Part shown: positions 46,544-54,108 of the stretch, piece after piece
Layout: each line of letters starts with the position of its first letter
How positions within the stretch are numbered: position 1 is the stretch's first letter
Made by a program: the position numbers and the translations under genes
IMG/VR virus record: IMGVR_UViG_3300042691_041718
Coordinates: 32,001-96,000 of that record
Direction: 5' to 3' (one strand)
Origin: a virus
DNA length: 64,000 bases
The notes under the pieces: generated by a model
Told to the model about the DNA's origin: nothing
The model's input: only the letters and a program-made list of their open reading frames with translations
The model's database searches: none

Positions 46544-46616
46544 GGTTGAGTGTATCGAGTGGTTAGAGATTGCCCCGCAAAGGCAAGCACGTTGGTTCGA
46601 ATCCAATCCTCAACCT
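46544..46616 (+). tRNA. tRNA-Cys(GCA), non-canonical
   Basis: Acceptor GGTTGAG/CTCAACC, D-loop GG, anticodon stem TTGCC/GGCAA with loop CCGCAAA, T-arm GTTGG-TTCGAAT-CCAAT, discriminator T. Confidence 0.75.
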
Positions 46617-46621
46617 CAAAT

Positions 46622-46655
46622 AATCCACACTAATTTTTTTGGTGTGGATTTTTTT
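46622..46655 (+). terminator. Intrinsic terminator after the tRNA
   Basis: AATCCACAC-loop-GTGTGGATTTTTTT. Confidence 0.7.
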
Positions 46656-46680
46656 ATTATATTTGTAAAAAATAATCATT

Positions 46681-47319
46681 ATGAAATACGCAACATTTAG
46701 ATACTTATACCCGCCTCGTCCAGAGAACGCAATTCCTAGTTCTGAACTTTATTATCATGATAATGGTTCGATGGTTGCTCAACCAAAATTAAATGGTTCA
46801 AACTGTCTTATCTTCACAAATGGTGAAGTTGTTTATAAGATGAATAGACATAATGATAGACTTACTAGATTTGAAATTAAAGATGAAGAAGTACTCAATT
46901 TATATAAAGGTACTGGTGGATGGACTGTATTAAATGGTGAATACTTAAACAAGAATAAACAAGATGAAAACAGAAAATCATTTAATCATAAATTGATTTT
47001 GTTTGATATTTTGGTTAATGATGGTGATTATTTAATTGGTAAAACATTTGAACAGCGAATTAAATTGTTAGATGAAATGTTTGGTCAAAACGAATCAGAA
47101 AAAGAATATCTTTATTCAATTTCAGATAATGTTTATCGTGTTAAATCATATGAAAATAATTTTAGTGTGTTGTTTGATAAACTAACATACAATAACGAAC
47201 TTTTAGAGGGTCTTGTGTTGAAAAGAAAGAATTCTAGATTAGAAATAGGAAACACTCCAAAAAACAATTCACGTAGTCAAATTAAATGTAGAGTGACTAC
47301 TAAAAACTATAAATTTTAA
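46681..47319 (+). CDS. ATP-dependent polynucleotide ligase-like nucleotidyltransferase (adenylation domain only)
   Basis: Motif I QPKLNG, III LNGEY, IIIa LFDIL, IV EGLVLKR, V KCR; no OB domain. TATATTTG at 46658. Confidence 0.7.
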   Translation: MKYATFRYLYPPRPENAIPSSELYYHDNGSMVAQPKLNGSNCLIFTNGEVVYKMNRHNDRLTRFEIKDEEVLNLYKGTGGWTVLNGEYLNKNKQDENRKSFNHKLILFDILVNDGDYLIGKTFEQRIKLLDEMFGQNESEKEYLYSISDNVYRVKSYENNFSVLFDKLTYNNELLEGLVLKRKNSRLEIGNTPKNNSRSQIKCRVTTKNYKF

Positions 47320-48071
47320 TTATTACTTTTTTTATAGTTATCAATTGCCCATAATGGTTGTAGATTTGATAAAGAATTGACTATTGATGGTGGTGTTTCT
47401 TTATCAAATTTACTAACTGGTATTATATGATCAATATGCCATTCACCCCAATTATCCCAAGACATGCCTTCTAAAAATTTACTTTCAATATTATCTCTAA
47501 ATTCTTTCGATGAGTATCCTAATATATCAATAGTACTCTCTGATTTTTTAATATTAAAATAGTATAGTACCCTACGTAGTGAGTTTCTCCAAGCTACTAT
47601 ATGTGGATTTTTACTTGACCAATTATAAATATACTTTCTGTGTTTTTCTTTATGTTCTGGTAGATCTTTAATGGATTCATAGTATTTCTTTTTCCAATTT
47701 CTAATATAATCTTTATTCTCTTCATAGTATCTCCGTTTAGATATTTTTACCTTTTCTGAATTATTCTTTCTATATTTTCTACCAGCATTTGAAATTTTAT
47801 CTCTAAGTTCTTGATCTGTATTATATCTATTCCTTCGTCTTTCATTAATTTCTTCTTTATTTGACTCGTACTTTTCTTTATACTTTTCAAGTAAATCATA
47901 TTTATTTTCTTTATAATAATTATTGAGATATTTTTTCATTTTATCTCTATTTTTAATTCTATATTCTCTTTCACAATCTTTACATTGAGTTCTTAATCCA
48001 TCATTTGATATCTTTAATTTATTAAAGTTTATCAGATCTTTATATTCTCCACATTTTTTACATTTTTTCAT
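47316..48071 (-). CDS. HNH homing-type endonuclease (same family as 28943..29677)
   Basis: CKKC...DGLRTQCKDC, ILGYS..EF...IESKF..GMSWDN, WHIDHIIP, NLQPL. Confidence 0.8.
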   Translation of the reverse strand: MKKCKKCGEYKDLINFNKLKISNDGLRTQCKDCEREYRIKNRDKMKKYLNNYYKENKYDLLEKYKEKYESNKEEINERRRNRYNTDQELRDKISNAGRKYRKNNSEKVKISKRRYYEENKDYIRNWKKKYYESIKDLPEHKEKHRKYIYNWSSKNPHIVAWRNSLRRVLYYFNIKKSESTIDILGYSSKEFRDNIESKFLEGMSWDNWGEWHIDHIIPVSKFDKETPPSIVNSLSNLQPLWAIDNYKKSNN

Positions 48072-48168
48072 ATATTATATATTTAATTTTGACTACTTCG
48101 TTATTAAATGAAATTATAGTAAACCAATACTCATTTTTTAATATATAAGAAAATAGTATATAATTAAA

Positions 48169-48735
48169 ATGGAGAAATTTTCGAGATTAAAACCAAAGAC
48201 TAATTCCGAACCAAAAGATGATGTAGTTTTTGATGGTGATAAATTTAAAATAATTAAGTATGAAGATTGGAGTATTGTAAAAGGTGGTGATGCTATCATC
48301 TGTATTCCAATTTTAATTGAAACAAATCAAATTATTCTGAGATATGAATATGTACCAACATATAAATATGTTGAAGGTACTGAATATCACTTAACTTTAG
48401 TTGCTGGTGGTATTGAAAAAGGAGAAGATCCACTTACAGCTCTTTTTAGAGAATTGGAAGAAGAAGCTGGTATTGTAGTTAGAGAAGATTATTCACCAGA
48501 GGAATTGAGACCACTTTTCGCGAGTAAAGGTCAAACAGCTAAATTTTATCCATTTATTTTACCACTTAATGAAAGAGATTATCATGAAGTGATTGCTAAA
48601 GGTGATGGTTCTAAAGCAGAGGCTATGAGTAAGGCAGTCAAAGTTGATATTAAATATTTAGATTCTCTTAACGCATCTGATATTTTTACAGATTATATGT
48701 TATTAAAAGTTAAAGAATATTTAAACTTAAAATAA
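48169..48735 (+). CDS. Nudix hydrolase (ADP-ribose pyrophosphatase-like)
   Basis: Nudix box AGGIEKGEDPLTALFRELEEEAGI. Confidence 0.85.
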   Translation: MEKFSRLKPKTNSEPKDDVVFDGDKFKIIKYEDWSIVKGGDAIICIPILIETNQIILRYEYVPTYKYVEGTEYHLTLVAGGIEKGEDPLTALFRELEEEAGIVVREDYSPEELRPLFASKGQTAKFYPFILPLNERDYHEVIAKGDGSKAEAMSKAVKVDIKYLDSLNASDIFTDYMLLKVKEYLNLK

Positions 48736-48764
48736 ATATTTTATATAAAAAATAAAAGATTATT

Positions 48765-48986
48765 ATGTTTGAAAGTAGATTGAGAAATAATGGATTATAT
48801 TCAGTTTCAGAATATAAAGGTAAAACTTTGGAAGAAGCTACTAAATATGCTGAAGAAGGAGGGTATATAGTAAGAGTTACTGAAACCGATGGTAATTCTA
48901 TTATGGTTGACGCTTTAGATAACAAAACAAATAGATTAAATTTTCGAGTTAGAGGAGGTTTAGTTATTGATGTTTATGGAGGTTAA
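48765..48986 (+). CDS. Small protein resembling peptidase inhibitor I78 / potato inhibitor I fold
   Basis: YKGKTLEEA......RV..DG.....D....RLNF.V.GG.V..V.GG. Confidence 0.5.
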   Translation: MFESRLRNNGLYSVSEYKGKTLEEATKYAEEGGYIVRVTETDGNSIMVDALDNKTNRLNFRVRGGLVIDVYGG

Positions 48987-48987
48987 T

Positions 48988-49020
48988 AAAAAAACTCACT
49001 CATTAGAGTGAGTTTTTTTT
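48988..49020. terminator. Intrinsic terminator
   Basis: AAAAAAACTCACTC-ATTA-GAGTGAGTTTTTTT. Confidence 0.75.
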
Positions 49021-49051
49021 ATTTTTATAAAAATAATTTAATATATAAGAT

Positions 49052-50650
49052 ATGAAGTATATTAAATTATATGAAGCTTTTTCATCAGACATCTTAAACA
49101 AGATGATTAAGTATTTAAAGTCTGAGAATATAAGTAATTCGAGTTTATCCAAATTTAAATCAGACCTATTAAAAGTTTTTTCAAATTTAGATATTCCTAT
49201 TAGTGATATACCAGATCAAAATGTTGAATATGGTTCTAAAATTAAAATTTGGAAAATTTCCCCAAAGGGAGATAGTAATATTTCAGGATTAAAATTCTGG
49301 TTTAATCGTGATGGAAGTTATGTTGGTTATTCGGGTGTCGGAAACAAACTTATTTCATTATCAGAGGGTAATGAAATTCCGGATGAATTATTAGAACGTG
49401 TTAGAAATGGTTATTTTTCAAATATTCCAAAAACTGGTAACTTAACTTCTGTTGAAAAAACGGTTGATAATTATAATCAATTGAATAGAGGTGATAAAGT
49501 AATTGCATTTTTATATGATATGCCGTTTAGTGAAGATAGAGACTTAGTTCATAATGATGAAGCAACAGATTGGACAGGTCCGATGACATTTGGTACTATT
49601 TGGAAAAGAGAAAGAGATAGAAAAATCTTTATTATACATGATAATGAGGAGGCTGATGGATCAACAGATGATGATAGTAGGGAGTGGAATCAATATGGTA
49701 GTTATAGCTGGGGTATAGGTAATCCAACTACGTGTTTTGGTGACCATTATTATTTAAGTTTATATACACCTTCTGATAAACCACTCTCATATGGAAAGGA
49801 GGGTGTTGAAGTTGATAAATCAAATCCTGATAATTTTAATCTAAAAGTAAGTGGTGATTATTTATCATCTTCTGGTAGTATGAAAGATATTATAAATGAT
49901 GCTGACTTTGGAATCTATATAGAATTAGTTGATTTAAAAACAAAATCAATAAAAGATATTAAAGATAAAAGAACAGAATTGAAATCTGGTATTATTGGAG
50001 GACCACATGGTTTATCCAATGAGGAATTAAAAGAAATTAATATCAAAAGATATACAGACTTAGCATTTAAAAGATCTGGTATATCAATAGAAGGTGTTGA
50101 TTTTAGTAAATTAAATGATTTCTTCAGTAATTTATTATCTGATTATTTTATATTAAATATAATTCTCCAGGATAGAACTTATTACGACTTTTTGAGTTTG
50201 ATATCATCAATAAGAAACCTGGTCATTTATATAAAAGAAAATAGAGATGAGAATTATATAAAAAGTGGATTTAAAAATATTGAATCATATTTGAATAGTT
50301 ATAAGTCATTAAAAAGTAAGTTTAACACTGAAATTGATTCTAAAATAAAATTAGTTTCAGAATTGGATAGTAGATTTGGTGATTTGATAAAACAAATCAT
50401 TGAAGTTGGTTCAGTTTTTAAAAATAAAATTAAATCAAGTGAATTTATGAGTCTTTACTCACTTAAAATATTAAATAGAAATCTTGATAATATTAAAAGA
50501 ACAATTGAAACTGATATTAGTTATAATGATTTAAACTATATTAGAACATTTGCGGGAGTAAATAGAGATGAATTACACACATTTAATTTTGATGGTGTGA
50601 ATTATGAAGATTCAATGGAATTCTTCAAAGCATTAAAAACAATGATATAA
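49052..50650 (+). CDS. Tagged paralog family member 4 (MKYIKLYEAF)
   Basis: Family blocks HDNEEADGS...W..YG.YSW, ADFGIY, IKDKR.E.KSG, EELKEIN.KRY. Confidence 0.7.
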   Translation: MKYIKLYEAFSSDILNKMIKYLKSENISNSSLSKFKSDLLKVFSNLDIPISDIPDQNVEYGSKIKIWKISPKGDSNISGLKFWFNRDGSYVGYSGVGNKLISLSEGNEIPDELLERVRNGYFSNIPKTGNLTSVEKTVDNYNQLNRGDKVIAFLYDMPFSEDRDLVHNDEATDWTGPMTFGTIWKRERDRKIFIIHDNEEADGSTDDDSREWNQYGSYSWGIGNPTTCFGDHYYLSLYTPSDKPLSYGKEGVEVDKSNPDNFNLKVSGDYLSSSGSMKDIINDADFGIYIELVDLKTKSIKDIKDKRTELKSGIIGGPHGLSNEELKEINIKRYTDLAFKRSGISIEGVDFSKLNDFFSNLLSDYFILNIILQDRTYYDFLSLISSIRNLVIYIKENRDENYIKSGFKNIESYLNSYKSLKSKFNTEIDSKIKLVSELDSRFGDLIKQIIEVGSVFKNKIKSSEFMSLYSLKILNRNLDNIKRTIETDISYNDLNYIRTFAGVNRDELHTFNFDGVNYEDSMEFFKALKTMI

Positions 50651-50677
50651 AAAAGAGACTGAAAGGTCTCTTTTTTT
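50649..50677. terminator. Bidirectional intrinsic terminator
   Basis: AAAAAAGAGACT-GAAA-GGTCTCTTTTTTT between convergent genes. Confidence 0.75.
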
Positions 50678-51008
50678 ATTTAAATAGATTTTTCAATCTC
50701 CAATCTCTGACTTCAATTTTAAAGTCCTCAAATGAATTGGTTCTTGATAGAATGTCAACTTTCTCATTTAATTCTTCTATTAGTGATTTTAGTTCTTCAC
50801 TTCTTTCTCTAATACGACCATCATAAACGCAATCAATTCTAGAATCACCTTGTTGGATTGGTACAAACCAAATAGTTACATTTTGATAATTAAACGATTT
50901 TGCTATTTCTGATAATGTCTCCTCTGCTCTTTGTCGAGACATGCCACCAATATTAACATAATAGGTGAATATTGGGTTATCTAAATTTAATTCATTCTGT
51001 TCTAACAT
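50676..51008 (-). CDS. Hypothetical protein ending RDWRLKNLF
   Basis: ORF track. Confidence 0.6.
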   Translation of the reverse strand: MLEQNELNLDNPIFTYYVNIGGMSRQRAEETLSEIAKSFNYQNVTIWFVPIQQGDSRIDCVYDGRIRERSEELKSLIEELNEKVDILSRTNSFEDFKIEVRDWRLKNLFK

Positions 51009-51967
51009 ATCTTTGATAATAATTCTTTTTTCTTTTCCGAAAACTCTTCATCGGTTAAAACACCGGCTTTGTGTAAATCATCTAATTTCTTAATTAAATC
51101 TAAGATACCATCAATCTCTTTTATTTTATCCCATTCTTTTTTCAACTCAGTTTCATTTACTTTATTTTTCAATGGTTCTTTTTTTATATCAGATGTTGAT
51201 ACTGGTTTAACACTCTCAGGTAATAATTGTAAAATAGTTGATGAAATATGATATGTATCAAAGTCCATATCAATCTCAGAGAACTTTTGTGAAGATGATG
51301 ATCCCTTTTCAACTCTACCGGTTTCAAATGAAGTGTTAATCTTATGACCAGAAGATAAAGAACCAATACAATTTGATAAATCCACACCAGTTGTATATGT
51401 TGCATTGGTAGAATTATATGAAGTAGTTGTTGTACTACCACTTGTGTTTGTACCAATAATATTATTTGTGTAATAACCACCAGTTGTATTCCCACTTAAT
51501 GTTCCACTTCCGTAAGTTATCCAAGTGTTTGGGTATGTTGGATATGTAGGATAGTATCTTTCAATTATAACTGTATTAAATCTATCTCTCCAATTTTTAA
51601 TAGAAACAACAGATTCTTTATAAAAGAAAACTTCTAATTTACCGTTATTTTGAGTAGCGTTTATCGATTCTAATGAAGCGTCAACTTCATAAGTTGAAAA
51701 AATAAATTTCTTTTTATCATCAATAAAACAATCAAGATAAAATCTTTGACCTGGTTTTAAAACCAATCCAGTTTTTGAAATTGAATTACCATTTAACTTA
51801 ATATCAGCTAAGACACAGTCTGTAAGTGGATTATATAATTCGATTTGGAATTCTTCGGAATCTTTTAGATAAACTTTTCCGTTTTTAATAGATTTTCTAC
51901 CTCTATCAGTAGAATTTACGACCCAAGCACTTGGCTTAGAAACGTGGTTGTTTGCAATTTTTGCCAT
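51002..51967 (-). CDS. Hypothetical protein with T/S/N-rich linker and C-terminal SHOCT domain
   Basis: IKKLDDLHKAGVLTDEEFSEKKKELL matches SHOCT; beta-rich N-domain EFQIELYNP...LKPGQRFYL. Confidence 0.65.
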   Translation of the reverse strand: MAKIANNHVSKPSAWVVNSTDRGRKSIKNGKVYLKDSEEFQIELYNPLTDCVLADIKLNGNSISKTGLVLKPGQRFYLDCFIDDKKKFIFSTYEVDASLESINATQNNGKLEVFFYKESVVSIKNWRDRFNTVIIERYYPTYPTYPNTWITYGSGTLSGNTTGGYYTNNIIGTNTSGSTTTTSYNSTNATYTTGVDLSNCIGSLSSGHKINTSFETGRVEKGSSSSQKFSEIDMDFDTYHISSTILQLLPESVKPVSTSDIKKEPLKNKVNETELKKEWDKIKEIDGILDLIKKLDDLHKAGVLTDEEFSEKKKELLSKIC

Positions 51968-52086
51968 TTTTATTCTTTATTTTTTTAACTTATATCTCAA
52001 TTCATTTCTAAATTTCAGAGGTAACCCGGAATTACCTGACATAAGTTTAAGAACTTTGTTTATATATAATTAAATATCTTCTTTGT

Positions 52087-52563
52087 TTACAATTTTGTAC
52101 CACAACTTGGACAGAATTTATAATCATTATTCTCTGATCCACAATTTGGACAATACTTTTTAACTTTTATATTTTTCTTTTTAGTTAAAAAAACTTGAGT
52201 TATATCTAAAACTGTATTGTAATGATCTCGACCCATTGGTGGTAAATGTGGATTTTCAACCACAACCATATCAAATTGGTCTAACCATCTTTTGTATATT
52301 TCTAATATTCTTCTTCTATAATAAATATCTCCAGTATTTATAGTTAAAATAAATTTATTAAATTTGCTTCTATATAAAATAGTTTTAATGGTATTATATG
52401 TAGAAAATGTCTCTTCATTATATTTATGTGATGATACTATTGATATTTCAACAAATCTATATTCACCACCATCTTTCAAAACAATTCTATATTCACCACC
52501 TAAGTCGGTAGTAAATGTAAAAACATCATCATTTTGAAAATCACCTGTTACGTTGTAAACCAT
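52087..52563 (-). CDS. Hypothetical protein with C-terminal double zinc ribbon
   Basis: CPNCG.....KFCPSCG. Confidence 0.65.
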   Translation of the reverse strand: MVYNVTGDFQNDDVFTFTTDLGGEYRIVLKDGGEYRFVEISIVSSHKYNEETFSTYNTIKTILYRSKFNKFILTINTGDIYYRRRILEIYKRWLDQFDMVVVENPHLPPMGRDHYNTVLDITQVFLTKKKNIKVKKYCPNCGSENNDYKFCPSCGTKL

Positions 52564-52592
52564 AATGTATATATTAATTTTTATGTTTTTAT

Positions 52593-52623
52593 TTTGAATT
52601 ATTCTAAATTGTTTGTATATTTG
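52593..52623 (+). promoter_or_regulatory. Bacteroidota-type promoter
   Basis: TTTG-N19-TATATTTG upstream of the second peptidase. Confidence 0.7.
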
Positions 52624-52641
52624 TAAAACAAATTAAGAAAG

Positions 52642-53856
52642 ATGAGCAAGTCAAAAGAAAACTTTATTTTAAATACCTTCTTAAATCTTACTTCGAGAAC
52701 ATATCCTTATGGACTAGAAGATACTTTAGTTGCTGATATGAAGAAGATTGGTCTTTTTCCAAAAGACTTACAAAAAGATGTTCATGGTAACTATTACTAT
52801 CAGATAGGTGAATCAAGAACTATTTTTGCTTCTCACTTAGATACGGCTACAAAAACAGCAAGTAAAGTAAATCACGTTTTTGATGGTGATATTATCAAAA
52901 CCGATGGTTCTACTGTATTAGGTGCTGATGATAAAGCGGGTACAACTGTTATGTTGTATATGATGAAACACAATATCCCAGGTCTTTACTATTTCTTTAT
53001 TGGTGAAGAAGTTGGTTGTATTGGTTCTGGTTTGGCTGCTAAATCAATTAGTGAGTTTCAAGGTAAATATGATCGTATAATTTCTTTTGATAGACGTGAT
53101 GTTTTCTCTGTTATCACTCACCAATCTTGGTCAAGATGTTGTTCAGATGATTTTGCTGACCAATTAGCATCAGAATTGAATGCTAGTGGATTTGACTTGA
53201 ATTATCGTAAGGATGATGGTGGTGTTTATACTGACTCTGCTGAGTTTATTGATATTATTCCAGAATGTACAAATATTTCAGTTGGTTATTACAAAGAACA
53301 CACTGTAACCGAAAGTCAAGATATAAATCACTTAGAAAGACTGGCTAAAGCTTGTTTAAAAATTGATTGGGAGAACTTACCAACAAAAAGAGATCCAAAA
53401 GTTTCTGACTATAAGACATATGGTTCAAGTAAATCATCTTATAGTACACATGACTCTTATCACGGAGTTGATTATGGATATTCTAGAAGAAATAAAAAGA
53501 AAAAGAATAAAAATAAAAGAAAAGATTATGGTTACCATGATGATTGGTATGATAATCACCACGATGATTATGGGGATGATAATTTAGTTTTCGATGAAGA
53601 TGGATTTTGTCCTAATTGGGTTGGATCAACAACATTACAAAAAAATAATGGAAAAGAGTACTTTGATAACGGAAGTGGTCTAGTTGATATTACTAAACCA
53701 AAATCTCACTACGGTTGGATTTTAGGCAAATTTACTGGTAAGTTAACTGTTGAGGAATTGGCTATTATCAAAGGTCAATATTTAGATATGGATAATGAAA
53801 ATGATAAACAATTCTATCATTATCTTGTAGAATATATTAACGATGATAGTCTATAA
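52642..53856 (+). CDS. M20/M28-family zinc metallopeptidase (paralog of 16585..17820) with D/Y/H-rich tail
   Basis: SHLDT, LGADDKAG, GEEVGCIGS, FDRR, YTDS, ECTNISVGYYKEHT. Confidence 0.8.
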   Translation: MSKSKENFILNTFLNLTSRTYPYGLEDTLVADMKKIGLFPKDLQKDVHGNYYYQIGESRTIFASHLDTATKTASKVNHVFDGDIIKTDGSTVLGADDKAGTTVMLYMMKHNIPGLYYFFIGEEVGCIGSGLAAKSISEFQGKYDRIISFDRRDVFSVITHQSWSRCCSDDFADQLASELNASGFDLNYRKDDGGVYTDSAEFIDIIPECTNISVGYYKEHTVTESQDINHLERLAKACLKIDWENLPTKRDPKVSDYKTYGSSKSSYSTHDSYHGVDYGYSRRNKKKKNKNKRKDYGYHDDWYDNHHDDYGDDNLVFDEDGFCPNWVGSTTLQKNNGKEYFDNGSGLVDITKPKSHYGWILGKFTGKLTVEELAIIKGQYLDMDNENDKQFYHYLVEYINDDSL

Positions 53857-54094
53857 TATCGGTTGATTTTATAACCTCATCCGGAGCGTTTTTAATTTTG
53901 GAATTAGGAATATTATGTGTAACTTTAAAAGAAACTTTAGATAACTTTTCAGTGATTTTGACTGGTGTTAGTGGTAATTCTTTATTTAAATATTGTGAGC
54001 AATCATCTTCATTTAAGTACCAGTATTCCACTAATACTATGTCACCTACTTCATAAGTAGGCTTCCACTTTTTGTATTCGAGTATAAATTTCAT
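53837..54094 (-). CDS. Small SH3/KOW-like protein with MKFILEY N-terminus
   Basis: YEVGDIVLVEYWY; late motif upstream. Confidence 0.55.
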   Translation of the reverse strand: MKFILEYKKWKPTYEVGDIVLVEYWYLNEDDCSQYLNKELPLTPVKITEKLSKVSFKVTHNIPNSKIKNAPDEVIKSTDIIDYHR

Positions 54095-54108
54095 AAACTA
54101 TATATTAA

